A program made the translations under genes and the position numbers. A DNA stretch of 64,000 bases, from assembly GCA_947487385.1 (NCBI GenBank), contig CANKWU010000006.1:24274-88273 (forward strand), given 5' to 3'. Within the stretch, counting starts at the first letter, position 1. Each line of letters starts with the position of its first letter. Positions 28,276 to 37,799 of this stretch are shown here, in pieces. A model generated the notes under the pieces. The model was not told where the DNA came from, searched no databases, and worked only from the letters and a program-made list of their open reading frames with translations. The stretch comes from Spartobacteria bacterium. Its GTDB lineage: Bacteria; Verrucomicrobiota; Verrucomicrobiia; Chthoniobacterales; UBA6821.

Positions 28276-28363
28276 AATATGGAAATCAGGAACTCAAGAA
28301 GTGGGGAAAAACATGAAATTATAGATATCTTCTGATCTTTCCTGATTTCCTGAGTTCCATATT
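28276..28363. repeat. GGAACTCA 8-mer family inverted-repeat element, copy 3
   Basis: AATATGGAAATCAGGAACTCAAGAA (28276-28300) and TTTCCTGATTTCCTGAGTTCCATATT (28338-28363). Confidence 0.85.
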
Positions 28364-28385
28364 CTTTTTTTACTTATTTTTCACA

Positions 28386-30284
28386 ATGCGTTCCATCCGT
28401 CTCTTTCTCTACGGGATTCCAGCAGCACTTATCCTGTTGGTGGTGGCAGCCTTCGTGAACGCCTCCTTCCTCTCCGTCGCGAAGAAAAACGAGATGTCGA
28501 TCGGTACAATCGGGGAACCTTCGACCTTGAATCCAATCCAGCAGGCCGACTCGGCCTCGGGTCAGGTCGCTGGACTCATGTTCAACGGCCTTCTGAAGTA
28601 CAATCAGGATCTCGAAGTGGTTGGCGATCTCGCCACGACATGGGATCTCTCCCAGGAGACAACCTTTCAATTCGCGACAGAAGAGGAAGCAACGACGGCC
28701 TGCGCAGCTCTGGACGGGATTTGCTGGGAAGTTCCCTTGAAAACATCACACGAGGGAAAGCTGTTGTTCATCCAACTGCAGGAGCCAGGACTGAAGACAT
28801 CGGATGAACTTGAAAAAATCCTCCTTAAAAAGGGTCTTCATCCCCTCTCATTCCCCCCGCTCGAAAAAGAAGGCAAGGAGCGCCCGTTCAAGGCCGAACC
28901 CACCATTCGCTTCACCCTGCGCAAGGATGTCCATTGGCATGACGGGGCACCCTTCACCTCGGCTGATGTCGCTTTCACCTACCATGCGATCATGGATGCG
29001 CGGGTCGCCTCACCCAGCAGTTCGGACTTCGAATTGGTCTCCGCTTTAGAAACCCCGAATCCCTATTCCGTCGTCGTCCGCTACAAGAAGCCCTTCTCCC
29101 CCGCCCTACTAAGCTGGATGCAGAGCATTCTCCCGGCTCATCTGCTTGAGAAGGTGGAACCGGCCAAATGGGCCCAGATCTACAACCGCCATCCCATTGG
29201 AACCGGTCCCTTCAAGTTCGGAAATTGGAAAACCAACGAGTACATTCGTCTCGTGAAAAACCCCGATTACTTTCGGGGATCCCCCTGGCTCGACTCCGTT
29301 GTCTTCCGCGTCCTACCCGATCCCCTAACCCTTCAACTCGCATTCCAGACCAAGCAGGTTGACTTCTGGGCCGTCGAGCCTTGGGCCGTGAAAGGAGTTG
29401 AGAATGACAAACGCTTCGACCTCTTCAGCTCGGCAGGCAACACGTACAACTACATCGGTTGGAATCTCGAACGTGTGATGTTCCAGGACCTTCGAGTCCG
29501 CAAAGCACTCGCCGAAGCCGTGAATATCCCGCAGATGATCAAGTATATCCTTTACGGACGCGGCATACAGTCCACCGGAATCTTCACCCCTAAGATGTGG
29601 TTTTTTGACCCGAAGATTCAACCTCTTCCCTACGATCCCAAAGCCGCCGAGGCACTCCTTGACCAAGCCGGTTGGAAGGTTGGGACGGATGGCATCCGCA
29701 TGAAGGATGGCAAGCGCCTCTCCTTCACCCTTCTGGCAAATAACGGTAACGAGGTCCGCCGCGACATCGCCACGCTTGTCCAGGATGACCTCAAGAAGAT
29801 TGGTGTTGAGGTGAAGGTCGAAATCTACGAATGGTCGGTCCTACTAAAGCGCTTTGTGAACAAAGGAGAGTTTGATGCCATCGTCCTAGGTTGGGGACTT
29901 GGCAACGATTTCGACCAGTATGCGATCTGGCATTCGAGTAAAACCCATCCGGAGGAACTGAACTTCGTCCATTACAAGGACCCCGAGGTCGATCATCTCC
30001 TGACCGATATCCGTCAAGAGTACAGTCGCCCTGAGATTCTAAGGCTGGCCACCAAGCTCCAGCAAACGATCTATGCCGATCAACCCTACATTTTCCTCTT
30101 TGTGCCGGAAGGCACCTCCGTCATGTGGAAGAACAGCTACCGAATCCGCCGTCCTGGATCCAAGCCAGGCGAATGGATCGACTCACCTGTCACCATGACC
30201 AAGGCTGGCTGGAACTACGATATAGAGTGGTTCTATCGGCCCGAGTACATTCCGAAGATTCCAGCCACGCAGATAATTAAGTAA
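28386..30284 (+). CDS. Peptide/nickel ABC transporter substrate-binding protein (family 5)
   Basis: EPSTLNP, FNGLLKY, FTLRKDVHWHDGAPFTSADVAFTY, PIGTGPF, VRKALA. Confidence 0.9.
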   Translation: MRSIRLFLYGIPAALILLVVAAFVNASFLSVAKKNEMSIGTIGEPSTLNPIQQADSASGQVAGLMFNGLLKYNQDLEVVGDLATTWDLSQETTFQFATEEEATTACAALDGICWEVPLKTSHEGKLLFIQLQEPGLKTSDELEKILLKKGLHPLSFPPLEKEGKERPFKAEPTIRFTLRKDVHWHDGAPFTSADVAFTYHAIMDARVASPSSSDFELVSALETPNPYSVVVRYKKPFSPALLSWMQSILPAHLLEKVEPAKWAQIYNRHPIGTGPFKFGNWKTNEYIRLVKNPDYFRGSPWLDSVVFRVLPDPLTLQLAFQTKQVDFWAVEPWAVKGVENDKRFDLFSSAGNTYNYIGWNLERVMFQDLRVRKALAEAVNIPQMIKYILYGRGIQSTGIFTPKMWFFDPKIQPLPYDPKAAEALLDQAGWKVGTDGIRMKDGKRLSFTLLANNGNEVRRDIATLVQDDLKKIGVEVKVEIYEWSVLLKRFVNKGEFDAIVLGWGLGNDFDQYAIWHSSKTHPEELNFVHYKDPEVDHLLTDIRQEYSRPEILRLATKLQQTIYADQPYIFLFVPEGTSVMWKNSYRIRRPGSKPGEWIDSPVTMTKAGWNYDIEWFYRPEYIPKIPATQIIK

Positions 30285-30299
30285 ACACGAACCGACGCC

Positions 30300-31262
30300 A
30301 TGATCTCTTTTATCATCCGCCGTCTCGCTCTCAGCGTGGTGATGCTCTTTATCATCAGCATCATTTCGTTCTTCATCATTACTCTCACTCCGGGTAGCCC
30401 CTATCCATGGGGCGAGCTGAACCCCAAGATTTCGGCCGAAGTGAAAGCCAATTTTCGCAAGAAGTTCCACCTCGACCGCCCCCTCCACGAGCAATACGCG
30501 CTTATTGTTCGGGATCTCTTCACGGGCAATTTGCGCAGCATCAAGGACGACCGCCCCGTCATGTCGCGAATCCTGGAACGACTGCCGGCCACCGTGGCGC
30601 TGAACATCACCTCCATCGTGATCTCGCTCTCTTTCGGAACCCTTCTGGGAGTCACTGCAGCGCGCTTCCACGGGCATTGGCAAGATGCCTTGGGCTCCAT
30701 CATCGCCTTTCTCTTCATCGCCTTGCCCGGATTCTGGATCACCTACGTGGTAGTGATTGCCCTAGTGAAGGGATTTGGCGTCCCCATCCTCGGAACCCAC
30801 AGCTACGGCATCGAATTTCCGAATACCCTTGCCTCGGGACTCGATACCCTCTGGCACCTTCTTCTTCCGGCCACGATCCTGGCGCTCGGGGGTATCGCTT
30901 CGCAATCACGCTATCTCCGGGCCACGATGATCGAATCATTGCGCGAGGACTACATCCGGACGGCACGCTCCAAAGGACTTTCCGAGGAGGTCGTTCTCTA
31001 CAAGCATGCCCTCCGCAACTCCATTCGTCCGATCATCGCCGGAATCGGCATGCTCCTGCCGGCTCTGATCGGAGGTGCCGTTGTTATCGAAACGATCTTT
31101 GCTTATCCGGGCATGGGACGACTCGGCTACGAGGCCGTCCTGGAACGTGACTACCCCATGCTGGTAGCCTTGAACTTCGTTGTGGCGGCACTCGTTCTGC
31201 TTGGCAATCTGATCTCGGATCTTCTTGCGGCGGCCGTCGACCCACGCGTACGCCTCGAATAA
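30300..31262 (+). CDS. Peptide ABC transporter permease (OppB/DppB-like)
   Basis: LDRPLHEQY, ERLPATVAL, EDYIRTARSKGL, ETIFAYPGMG. Confidence 0.92.
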   Translation: MISFIIRRLALSVVMLFIISIISFFIITLTPGSPYPWGELNPKISAEVKANFRKKFHLDRPLHEQYALIVRDLFTGNLRSIKDDRPVMSRILERLPATVALNITSIVISLSFGTLLGVTAARFHGHWQDALGSIIAFLFIALPGFWITYVVVIALVKGFGVPILGTHSYGIEFPNTLASGLDTLWHLLLPATILALGGIASQSRYLRATMIESLREDYIRTARSKGLSEEVVLYKHALRNSIRPIIAGIGMLLPALIGGAVVIETIFAYPGMGRLGYEAVLERDYPMLVALNFVVAALVLLGNLISDLLAAAVDPRVRLE

Positions 31263-31266
31263 AACC

Positions 31267-32142
31267 ATGCAAGGCACCCAACCGCTCACCGAGACTCCGA
31301 CAACACGGGTGCTCCGTCGCTTCTGGGCGAATCCGGTAACGATTCCCTCGGTTGTGATCATCCTCTTTTTTACATTTATAGCCGGAGGCACGTTCCTTCT
31401 CTCTGCCATGGGGTACGATTGGCCCTACAATCCAAACCAGACGAACCTCGAGCTAAAACTTCTCCCCCCCTCATCACAGCACTGGATGGGAACCGACAAT
31501 CTCGGAAGGGATGTCCTCTCACGAATGATGCACGGAGCCTCGATCTCCCTTACTGTGGGCTTGGTCGCCGTGGCCGTATCTCTCGGCATCGGCATGGTGG
31601 TGGGTGCCATCGCGGGCTACTTCGGCGGCATAATCGACCAGATCCTGATGCGGGCGGTCGACGCCCTCCTCTGCTTCCCGACCTTCTTCCTGATCCTCAC
31701 CGTAGTGGCACTGCTAGGACCAAGCCTCCTAAATATAGTCGTCGTGATCGGCTTGGTAAGCTGGACAGGGACGGCTCGTCTTGTCCGTAGTGAATTCCTG
31801 ACACTCAGGGAGACGGAATATGTGAAGAGTGCCCGCGTTCTGGGGCAGAATGCCTGGCACATCATCACTCGCCACATCCTGCCTAATGCCGCTGCGCCGA
31901 TTCTCGTGACGGCAGTGCTCGGGATCCCCGATGCGATCCTTCAGGAAGCAGGTCTGAGCTTCCTTGGATTTGGAGTCCAGCCACCTCAGGCAACCTGGGG
32001 AAACATCATCGCCGATGGAAAAACCTATCTCCTGGATGCTTGGTGGCTGAACCTTTTTCCGGGACTCGCCATCCTGATAGCCTCGCTATCATTCTATCTT
32101 GCAGGCGACGCATTCCGCGAGGCGGCAGAATCCAGAGGCTGA
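31267..32142 (+). CDS. Peptide ABC transporter permease (OppC/DppC-like)
   Basis: HWMGTDNLGRDVLSR, ARLVRS, RHILPN, EAGLSFLGFG. Confidence 0.92.
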   Translation: MQGTQPLTETPTTRVLRRFWANPVTIPSVVIILFFTFIAGGTFLLSAMGYDWPYNPNQTNLELKLLPPSSQHWMGTDNLGRDVLSRMMHGASISLTVGLVAVAVSLGIGMVVGAIAGYFGGIIDQILMRAVDALLCFPTFFLILTVVALLGPSLLNIVVVIGLVSWTGTARLVRSEFLTLRETEYVKSARVLGQNAWHIITRHILPNAAAPILVTAVLGIPDAILQEAGLSFLGFGVQPPQATWGNIIADGKTYLLDAWWLNLFPGLAILIASLSFYLAGDAFREAAESRG

Positions 32143-32147
32143 TATCT

Positions 32148-32966
32148 ATGCTCAAAATCGAAAACCTCCAAATTGGATTTGCCACTCCCAATGGCATTTC
32201 CCCCGCACTCAAGAGCGTCTCACTCGAGATTGGTCGAGGAGAGACCCTTGCAATCGTGGGTGAGAGCGGTAGCGGCAAGAGCGTCACCGCCCTAGCCATC
32301 ACACGCCTCCTGCCGACACCACCAGCTGTTTATCAGTCCGGAAGCATCATGTTTGAGGGACGAGATTTGCTCGCGGCCTCCGATGCGGAATTGCGCAAAG
32401 TACGCGGGGGCAAGATCGCTTATATCTTTCAGGAACCTTCCACCTCGCTGAATCCCGTCTATTCCATCCGCAGCCAGATGGCCGAGATGATCCAGCTTCA
32501 CCGCCCTGACGTGACCGATATCAATGCCGAGATCATTCGCTGGCTCGATGCCGTTGGCATTGTTGATCCTTCGACGCGACTCCATGACTATCCCCATCAA
32601 CTCAGTGGAGGGATGCAGCAGCGCGTCATGATCGCCATGGCTCTCTCGGCGAGACCGGATCTGCTGATCGCCGACGAACCGACCACCGCCCTGGATGTTA
32701 CAATCCAGAAGCAGATCCTCGACAAACTACGCGAACTCCAACGCGATCTCAATATGGCCGTGATGCTCATCACCCATAACTTTGCCATCATCCGTGGCCT
32801 CGCTCGTCACGTGGCTGTAATGTACCGGGGAGAGATCGTCGAATATGGTGAAACCGAGCAGGTGCTCAAGAATCCCCAGCACCCCTACACCAAGGCCCTG
32901 ATCGCCTGCATTCCGAGACTAGGTGACCACAGGCACAGACTTCCCACCATCGACTCAAATTTCTAG
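32148..32966 (+). CDS. Peptide ABC transporter ATP-binding protein (OppD/DppD-like)
   Basis: [34 protein letters not shown]. Confidence 0.92.
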   Translation: MLKIENLQIGFATPNGISPALKSVSLEIGRGETLAIVGESGSGKSVTALAITRLLPTPPAVYQSGSIMFEGRDLLAASDAELRKVRGGKIAYIFQEPSTSLNPVYSIRSQMAEMIQLHRPDVTDINAEIIRWLDAVGIVDPSTRLHDYPHQLSGGMQQRVMIAMALSARPDLLIADEPTTALDVTIQKQILDKLRELQRDLNMAVMLITHNFAIIRGLARHVAVMYRGEIVEYGETEQVLKNPQHPYTKALIACIPRLGDHRHRLPTIDSNF

Positions 32967-32968
32967 GA

Positions 32969-33355
32969 ATGATACCCCGTTATAACGATCTGGCCGCCAA
33001 CGAGAGGACATACCTGGCCTGGATGCGGACGGCGCTGGCCCTTATCGCCTTCGGATTCTTACTAGAACGCTTTGACCTGCTGGTCCGTTATTTGGCTAAG
33101 AGTATAAGCGAAGGCAAGATCCCTCTAACGCCTCCCGGTTCCCTTATCGGCCGCGAAGCAGGTATTATTTTAGCGGCACTGGGACTCCTGATCATGCTTA
33201 TCTCCACATGGCGCTTCGTCCTCACCACTCGCAGGCTTAAAAGCGAGAAAGAAGAAACTTACAACATCCTCAGCGTCCTGATCACAGGCGGGATTTTTAT
33301 CCTCCTCGCCGTTTTTGTTCTCCTTTACATCAGCAGGTTTTTGAATCTGAGTTGA
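32969..33355 (+). CDS. YidH/DUF202 family membrane protein
   Basis: ANERTYLAWMRTALALIAFGF. Confidence 0.88.
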   Translation: MIPRYNDLAANERTYLAWMRTALALIAFGFLLERFDLLVRYLAKSISEGKIPLTPPGSLIGREAGIILAALGLLIMLISTWRFVLTTRRLKSEKEETYNILSVLITGGIFILLAVFVLLYISRFLNLS

Positions 33356-33474
33356 GAAAGGGTTTCATGACCGAGTCCTGATTATTGAGGATTTTTCCTG
33401 CTGACCGACCTCCCATGAATGAAAGGAGAAGAAAATCAGCTAGCGTATTCATACTCACAAGGTAAATTCCCTAC

Positions 33475-33855
33475 ATGAAGAAACATCTCCTCCTGGCCGC
33501 TTCCCTTCTCTTCACTCTGAATGCCTTTGCCGGCTCCTTCCCGGACATCAGCCTCACTGATCTCAAGTCGGATATCGCCGCCAAGAAGGTGACCCTGCTC
33601 GATGTGAACGGTCCCGTCTCCTATGCCAACGGCCATATTCCGGGTGCCATCGACTACACAGCCCACACTGCCGATCTCGCTAAATTCCTGCCAGCCGACA
33701 AGTCCTCTCTGATTGTCGCCTACTGCGGCAGTGAGCATTGCGGCGCCTATGCCCGTGCTGCGGAAGCCGCAAAGAAACTCGGCTACACGAATGTCCAGCA
33801 CTTCAAGCCTGGCATCGCGGGCTGGAAGGCGTCTGGAGAGCCAACGGAAAAATAA
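33475..33855 (+). CDS. Secreted rhodanese-like domain protein
   Basis: Signal peptide; LLDVN, GHIPGAI, AYCGSEHC, LGYTNV, GIAGW. Confidence 0.88.
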   Translation: MKKHLLLAASLLFTLNAFAGSFPDISLTDLKSDIAAKKVTLLDVNGPVSYANGHIPGAIDYTAHTADLAKFLPADKSSLIVAYCGSEHCGAYARAAEAAKKLGYTNVQHFKPGIAGWKASGEPTEK

Positions 33856-33919
33856 TTTTCTCCCCTTATTCAGGAGGAGAAGAAACCGCATTTAAGTTGG
33901 CGCTCTTGGAGCTCTTAAT

Positions 33920-34430
33920 GAAATGAGTGCTGCTTTGAAGATCTCGGAGGAGACCATCACTCATACCGTAGTTGCAGCCGTGAAGTGAAAGCTCCGGTTT
34001 TCTTTCCCATGCATCACGCACCACTGCGGCCTGAATATATTTGCAACCTACTAGATGACATTGAGTTAGCAGAGATGATTCAGCGCGATTATCTCGTCCT
34101 GCCATCCCGAAAAGAAAGTCTGATGTTTCTGAAGCACATCATCCACGTGGCGTAGCTGACTGTCGGCAAGGCCCACGTGGTCACCTCAAGGCGTGGCATG
34201 GACACCACCACATCCGTAGTGACCGCAGACAATGATTTGCTTCACCCTCAGGACATCAACGGGGAGTCTATCACTAAAAGGCTGTTGAAATCGATGGGCA
34301 CAACCACATTGGCCACGTTGCGGTGAACTAAGATTTCTCTAGGAACAAGACCAACCAACTCCTCTGCAGGAACGCGACTTTCAGCGCATCCGATCCAGAG
34401 ATATTCGGAACGCTGCTAAACGGCTAGGTC
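33920..34430 (-). pseudogene. can: Beta-carbonic anhydrase, heavily decayed
   Basis: Manual translation: [23 protein letters not shown], frameshift, [20 protein letters not shown], several in-frame stops, VVRDAWER...LHG...DGLLRDL. Confidence 0.88.
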
Positions 34431-34490
34431 CAGCCCTTCACACTCTTCAACCTATCTCCTAAATCCTATCTCTTCCCAAACCTCCATCTT

Positions 34491-35384
34491 CTATCTTTTG
34501 TCTACGCCGGACGAAAAGCGTCTCCCCGTCAACCCTTTCAACGCCTCCACAACCATTGGTCTATCCTCGGGGTAGGTAAGCCCATACCAAGGATCCGATG
34601 AGCTGAGAAGTCGCACCGTGGCCTCGCTGGTGGCGATGAGAGAGCTGACTGCGGCGGGCAGATAAAACTCGGCCTTGGCATCCTCTCCCCGCTCTTCCAG
34701 AAACTCGTCAAAAAGCCGTTCAAGATGATCGAAGAGATCGGGCATGAATCCCCAGAAGTTCATCGAGGTTGGCTCCGATCCATCCAGTTGAACCGGAGGA
34801 TTTCCCTCAGCCATGATTCCTGAATCACTTCGTACGATAGCTGTCCGCTCTGTTATATCGACAAGGTACCCGTCGTTGTCGGATCGGCAGATCCCCCTTG
34901 ATACGGATCCATTATTCGAAAGCGTCCGATCCAAGCGATACCCCACCATGGCATACTGGCCGAGTGTTGTTGATTTTAAGAATGAAGTAAGCTGGTTAAA
35001 TCCGTTAGGACCATAGTAATCGTCCGCATTGATAACAGCGAATGGCCCCCTCACCACGGACCGGGCAGCCAAGACGGCATGGCCGGTACCCCAAGGCTTT
35101 TCTCGTCCAGGAGGAGAGACACGCCCACCTGGCAATGGCTCCAACTCCTGGAAGGCATACTCCACGGCCATAAGACCCTCGTAGCGGGAGCCGACGACGT
35201 CTTGGAAAAGTTCGAACATCCCCCACCTGATCACGAAAACCACCTTGTTGAAACCCGCCTTGAGGGCATCCCTTACGGAGTAATCGAGAATAATCTCTCC
35301 CAAGGGGCCGACTGGCTCGAGTTGTTTCAGTCCTCCGTAGCGGCTACCCATCCCTGCCGCAAGAACCACAAGAGTCAGTTCCAT
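34491..35384 (-). CDS. Sugar-phosphate nucleotidyltransferase family protein
   Basis: LAAGMGSRYGGLKQ, KPWGTGHA, INADDYYG, SMNFWGF, EFYLP. Confidence 0.88.
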   Translation of the reverse strand: MELTLVVLAAGMGSRYGGLKQLEPVGPLGEIILDYSVRDALKAGFNKVVFVIRWGMFELFQDVVGSRYEGLMAVEYAFQELEPLPGGRVSPPGREKPWGTGHAVLAARSVVRGPFAVINADDYYGPNGFNQLTSFLKSTTLGQYAMVGYRLDRTLSNNGSVSRGICRSDNDGYLVDITERTAIVRSDSGIMAEGNPPVQLDGSEPTSMNFWGFMPDLFDHLERLFDEFLEERGEDAKAEFYLPAAVSSLIATSEATVRLLSSSDPWYGLTYPEDRPMVVEALKGLTGRRFSSGVDKR

Positions 35385-35419
35385 AAACTCGTCACCTGAA
35401 TGAAAACTGCTTTTTCAAG

Positions 35420-36205
35420 CTACCTTTTGACGGGCCCCGCCGAGGAGGCGGCGCTGTCTTTATAGAAGATGATTCCATGCTGACGAAGGTTCGTTACGAA
35501 GGCCTTGAGATCACCAGTTGCTCCCTGGATAGAATCCATTGCATCATTTCCCTTCTTCAGGAAGACATTCGCCTTGGCCATCACTCCCTTGAGTTCACCC
35601 GAAGAGGCAGCCATGGCGTCGCTGGTGGTGCGGAAGTTCGCGAGTGTCATTTGTAGATTCTGAACACCCTGCTTGTTGAAAACATCCTCATGGAGCGACT
35701 TGCTCACGGAATCGATGTTGTCCAGAGCCGAGCTGAGTTTGGGCAGGATCTCGTCATGAAGTTGGCGTTGGAGCTCGGAAATGCTGGATTCACTCTGGCC
35801 GTTCTTGATCACCGCCCCAGGGGTGATCGGCTGGGGATTTACATTATTGTCGTTCATCGTCACGGTTACAAAGCGGTCTCCTAGAAGTCCCGAGCTACCA
35901 ATGGAGAAAATGCTACCCACCGGGATCTGGACTGTCTCTTCGATCTTCAGCGGCACAGCAACACCGCGCATGTTGGGCAGTACCGTGGGTGCCGTCGCCA
36001 CTTCTCCAATCTTTGCACCCGCCAGCATCACGTCTGCGCCCTTCACAAGTCCGCTAGCATTACGATACTCGATGGTCAGGGTATAATATTTTTTCACTCC
36101 CTCACCGAAGCGTCCGAAGTAAATGACAAGTGATCCGATGCAGAGGAAGCCAAGGATCATGAAAAATCCTGCCCTGAGCTGATTGGAGGTATTGGTGGTG
36201 TCCAT
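35420..36205 (-). CDS. mlaD: MlaD/MCE family protein
   Basis: N-terminal TM, ASGLVKGADV.LAG.KIGEV, GLLGDRFV, helical tail. Confidence 0.88.
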   Translation of the reverse strand: MDTTNTSNQLRAGFFMILGFLCIGSLVIYFGRFGEGVKKYYTLTIEYRNASGLVKGADVMLAGAKIGEVATAPTVLPNMRGVAVPLKIEETVQIPVGSIFSIGSSGLLGDRFVTVTMNDNNVNPQPITPGAVIKNGQSESSISELQRQLHDEILPKLSSALDNIDSVSKSLHEDVFNKQGVQNLQMTLANFRTTSDAMAASSGELKGVMAKANVFLKKGNDAMDSIQGATGDLKAFVTNLRQHGIIFYKDSAASSAGPVKR

Positions 36206-36233
36206 AATGGAATAACTGGAATGTCTTGGTCTT

Positions 36234-36995
36234 TTAGTCGATTTCGTGAGAACGCCCCTCGATGAAATCCATAATCACGGGATCCGTCGAGGCGTGAAGA
36301 TCCTCCAGTGATCCATCGAAATGAATGCGTCCCTCGCGGAGAAGTGCGACGCGGTCGGCAATATGGTTGGTGCTGATCATGTCGTGGGTCACGACGATGG
36401 ATGTCACTTGGAGTTGGGACTGAAGGCGTCTGATGAGTTTATTGATCGTGTCCGATACAATGGGATCCAAGCCGGCCGTGGGCTCATCATAGAGAATGCA
36501 GGCAGGCTCGGAAATAATGGCTCGTGCAAGAGCGGCGCGCTTGCGCATCCCTCCGCTGAGATTCGACGGCATCTTTTGCTCCTGTCCCTCCAGAGAAACA
36601 AGTTCCAGAGACCTCGCGACTTTCTCCCTGATGATTATTTCGCTCCGCTCGCCTCGTTCACGCAGTGGAAAGGCCACATTATCAAAAACTGTCAGTGAGT
36701 CGAATAGGGCTCCATCCTGAAAGAGCATTCCCACCTTACGGCGGACCGGCTCGAGCTCGCGCTCGTCAAGTTGAGCAATCTCCTCCCCCTCGACCTTAAT
36801 GGAGCCAGAGAGGGGGCGGATCAGCCCGATGAGATGCCTAAGAAAGACACTCTTTCCACCGCCGCTCTGCCCCAGAAGCACTGTGGTCTCACCCCTCGGA
36901 ATATCGAGATTCACCCCGCGCAGAATCTCTTGTGAACCGAATGTCTGGCGAAGATCGCTGACTTCTATCAGATTTTTTCTAGTGGAAGCAGCCAT
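36234..36995 (-). CDS. mlaF: MlaF-type ABC ATP-binding protein
   Basis: GQSGGGKS, FQDGALFDSL, LSGGMRKR, YDEPTAGLDP. Confidence 0.9.
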   Translation of the reverse strand: MAASTRKNLIEVSDLRQTFGSQEILRGVNLDIPRGETTVLLGQSGGGKSVFLRHLIGLIRPLSGSIKVEGEEIAQLDERELEPVRRKVGMLFQDGALFDSLTVFDNVAFPLRERGERSEIIIREKVARSLELVSLEGQEQKMPSNLSGGMRKRAALARAIISEPACILYDEPTAGLDPIVSDTINKLIRRLQSQLQVTSIVVTHDMISTNHIADRVALLREGRIHFDGSLEDLHASTDPVIMDFIEGRSHEID

Positions 36996-37792
36996 CAGAA
37001 TTTTCCTCCAGCAGGAAAGATGATGTTCAATCCCATGGTGAGGAAGAAGTTTATCATCAGGATGGCAAGGGAGCTAATGACCACGGCCTCCGTAGTGGAG
37101 CGCCCCACGCCGACAGCACCATTACTCGTCGTGAGCCCTTGCTGACATCCGACAAAGACAACGATGAGTGCAAAAACAAATCCCTTGATCAGCGCCATCA
37201 CCATGTCCTTAGTGTGGGTGTAGAACCACATGTGCTGCATGAAGAAGACGCTGTTGACGTTCAGGATCCGCGTAGCGACATAGTAGCTGGCCGTGAGCGC
37301 AAAGAAAATGCATTCCCCCACAAGGAGCGGCATCGAGATCATCATCGCCACGGCTCGCGGCACCACGAGATAATCAATAGGATTGACCGCAAGAGCGCGG
37401 AGTGCATCGATCTGCTCAGTGACCTTCATCGTGCCGATCTCTGCACAGATGGCAGCTCCGACGCGACCAGCCACCATGAGTCCGGTCAGAACAGGGCCGA
37501 GTTCGCGGCAGAGGGCAATCGACACCACGGGACCGACGGCGGAACTCATGTTCAAGGCGTTGAACTGAAAGAAAATCTGAGCGGTGAAGACCGCTCCGGT
37601 GAAGATCCCCGTGATGATAACAACCGCCTGGGAACCGAACCCGATCTCAACGATCTGATTGAGCACCAAACGCCAGCGGATCCTTCCCAGAAAGATCGAG
37701 GAGAAGGTCTCACCGGCCAGAAATGCAATCTGCCCAAGATAGAGGGAGAATGCCCGCGTCAGGGGGAAGGAATACGGGAACTTCATCTGCAT
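36995..37792 (-). CDS. mlaE: MlaE-type ABC permease
   Basis: RELGPVLTGLMVAGRVG, EIGTMKVTEQIDAL, GAVGVGRSTT. Confidence 0.92.
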   Translation of the reverse strand: MQMKFPYSFPLTRAFSLYLGQIAFLAGETFSSIFLGRIRWRLVLNQIVEIGFGSQAVVIITGIFTGAVFTAQIFFQFNALNMSSAVGPVVSIALCRELGPVLTGLMVAGRVGAAICAEIGTMKVTEQIDALRALAVNPIDYLVVPRAVAMMISMPLLVGECIFFALTASYYVATRILNVNSVFFMQHMWFYTHTKDMVMALIKGFVFALIVVFVGCQQGLTTSNGAVGVGRSTTEAVVISSLAILMINFFLTMGLNIIFPAGGKF

Positions 37793-37799
37793 CAAGGGA

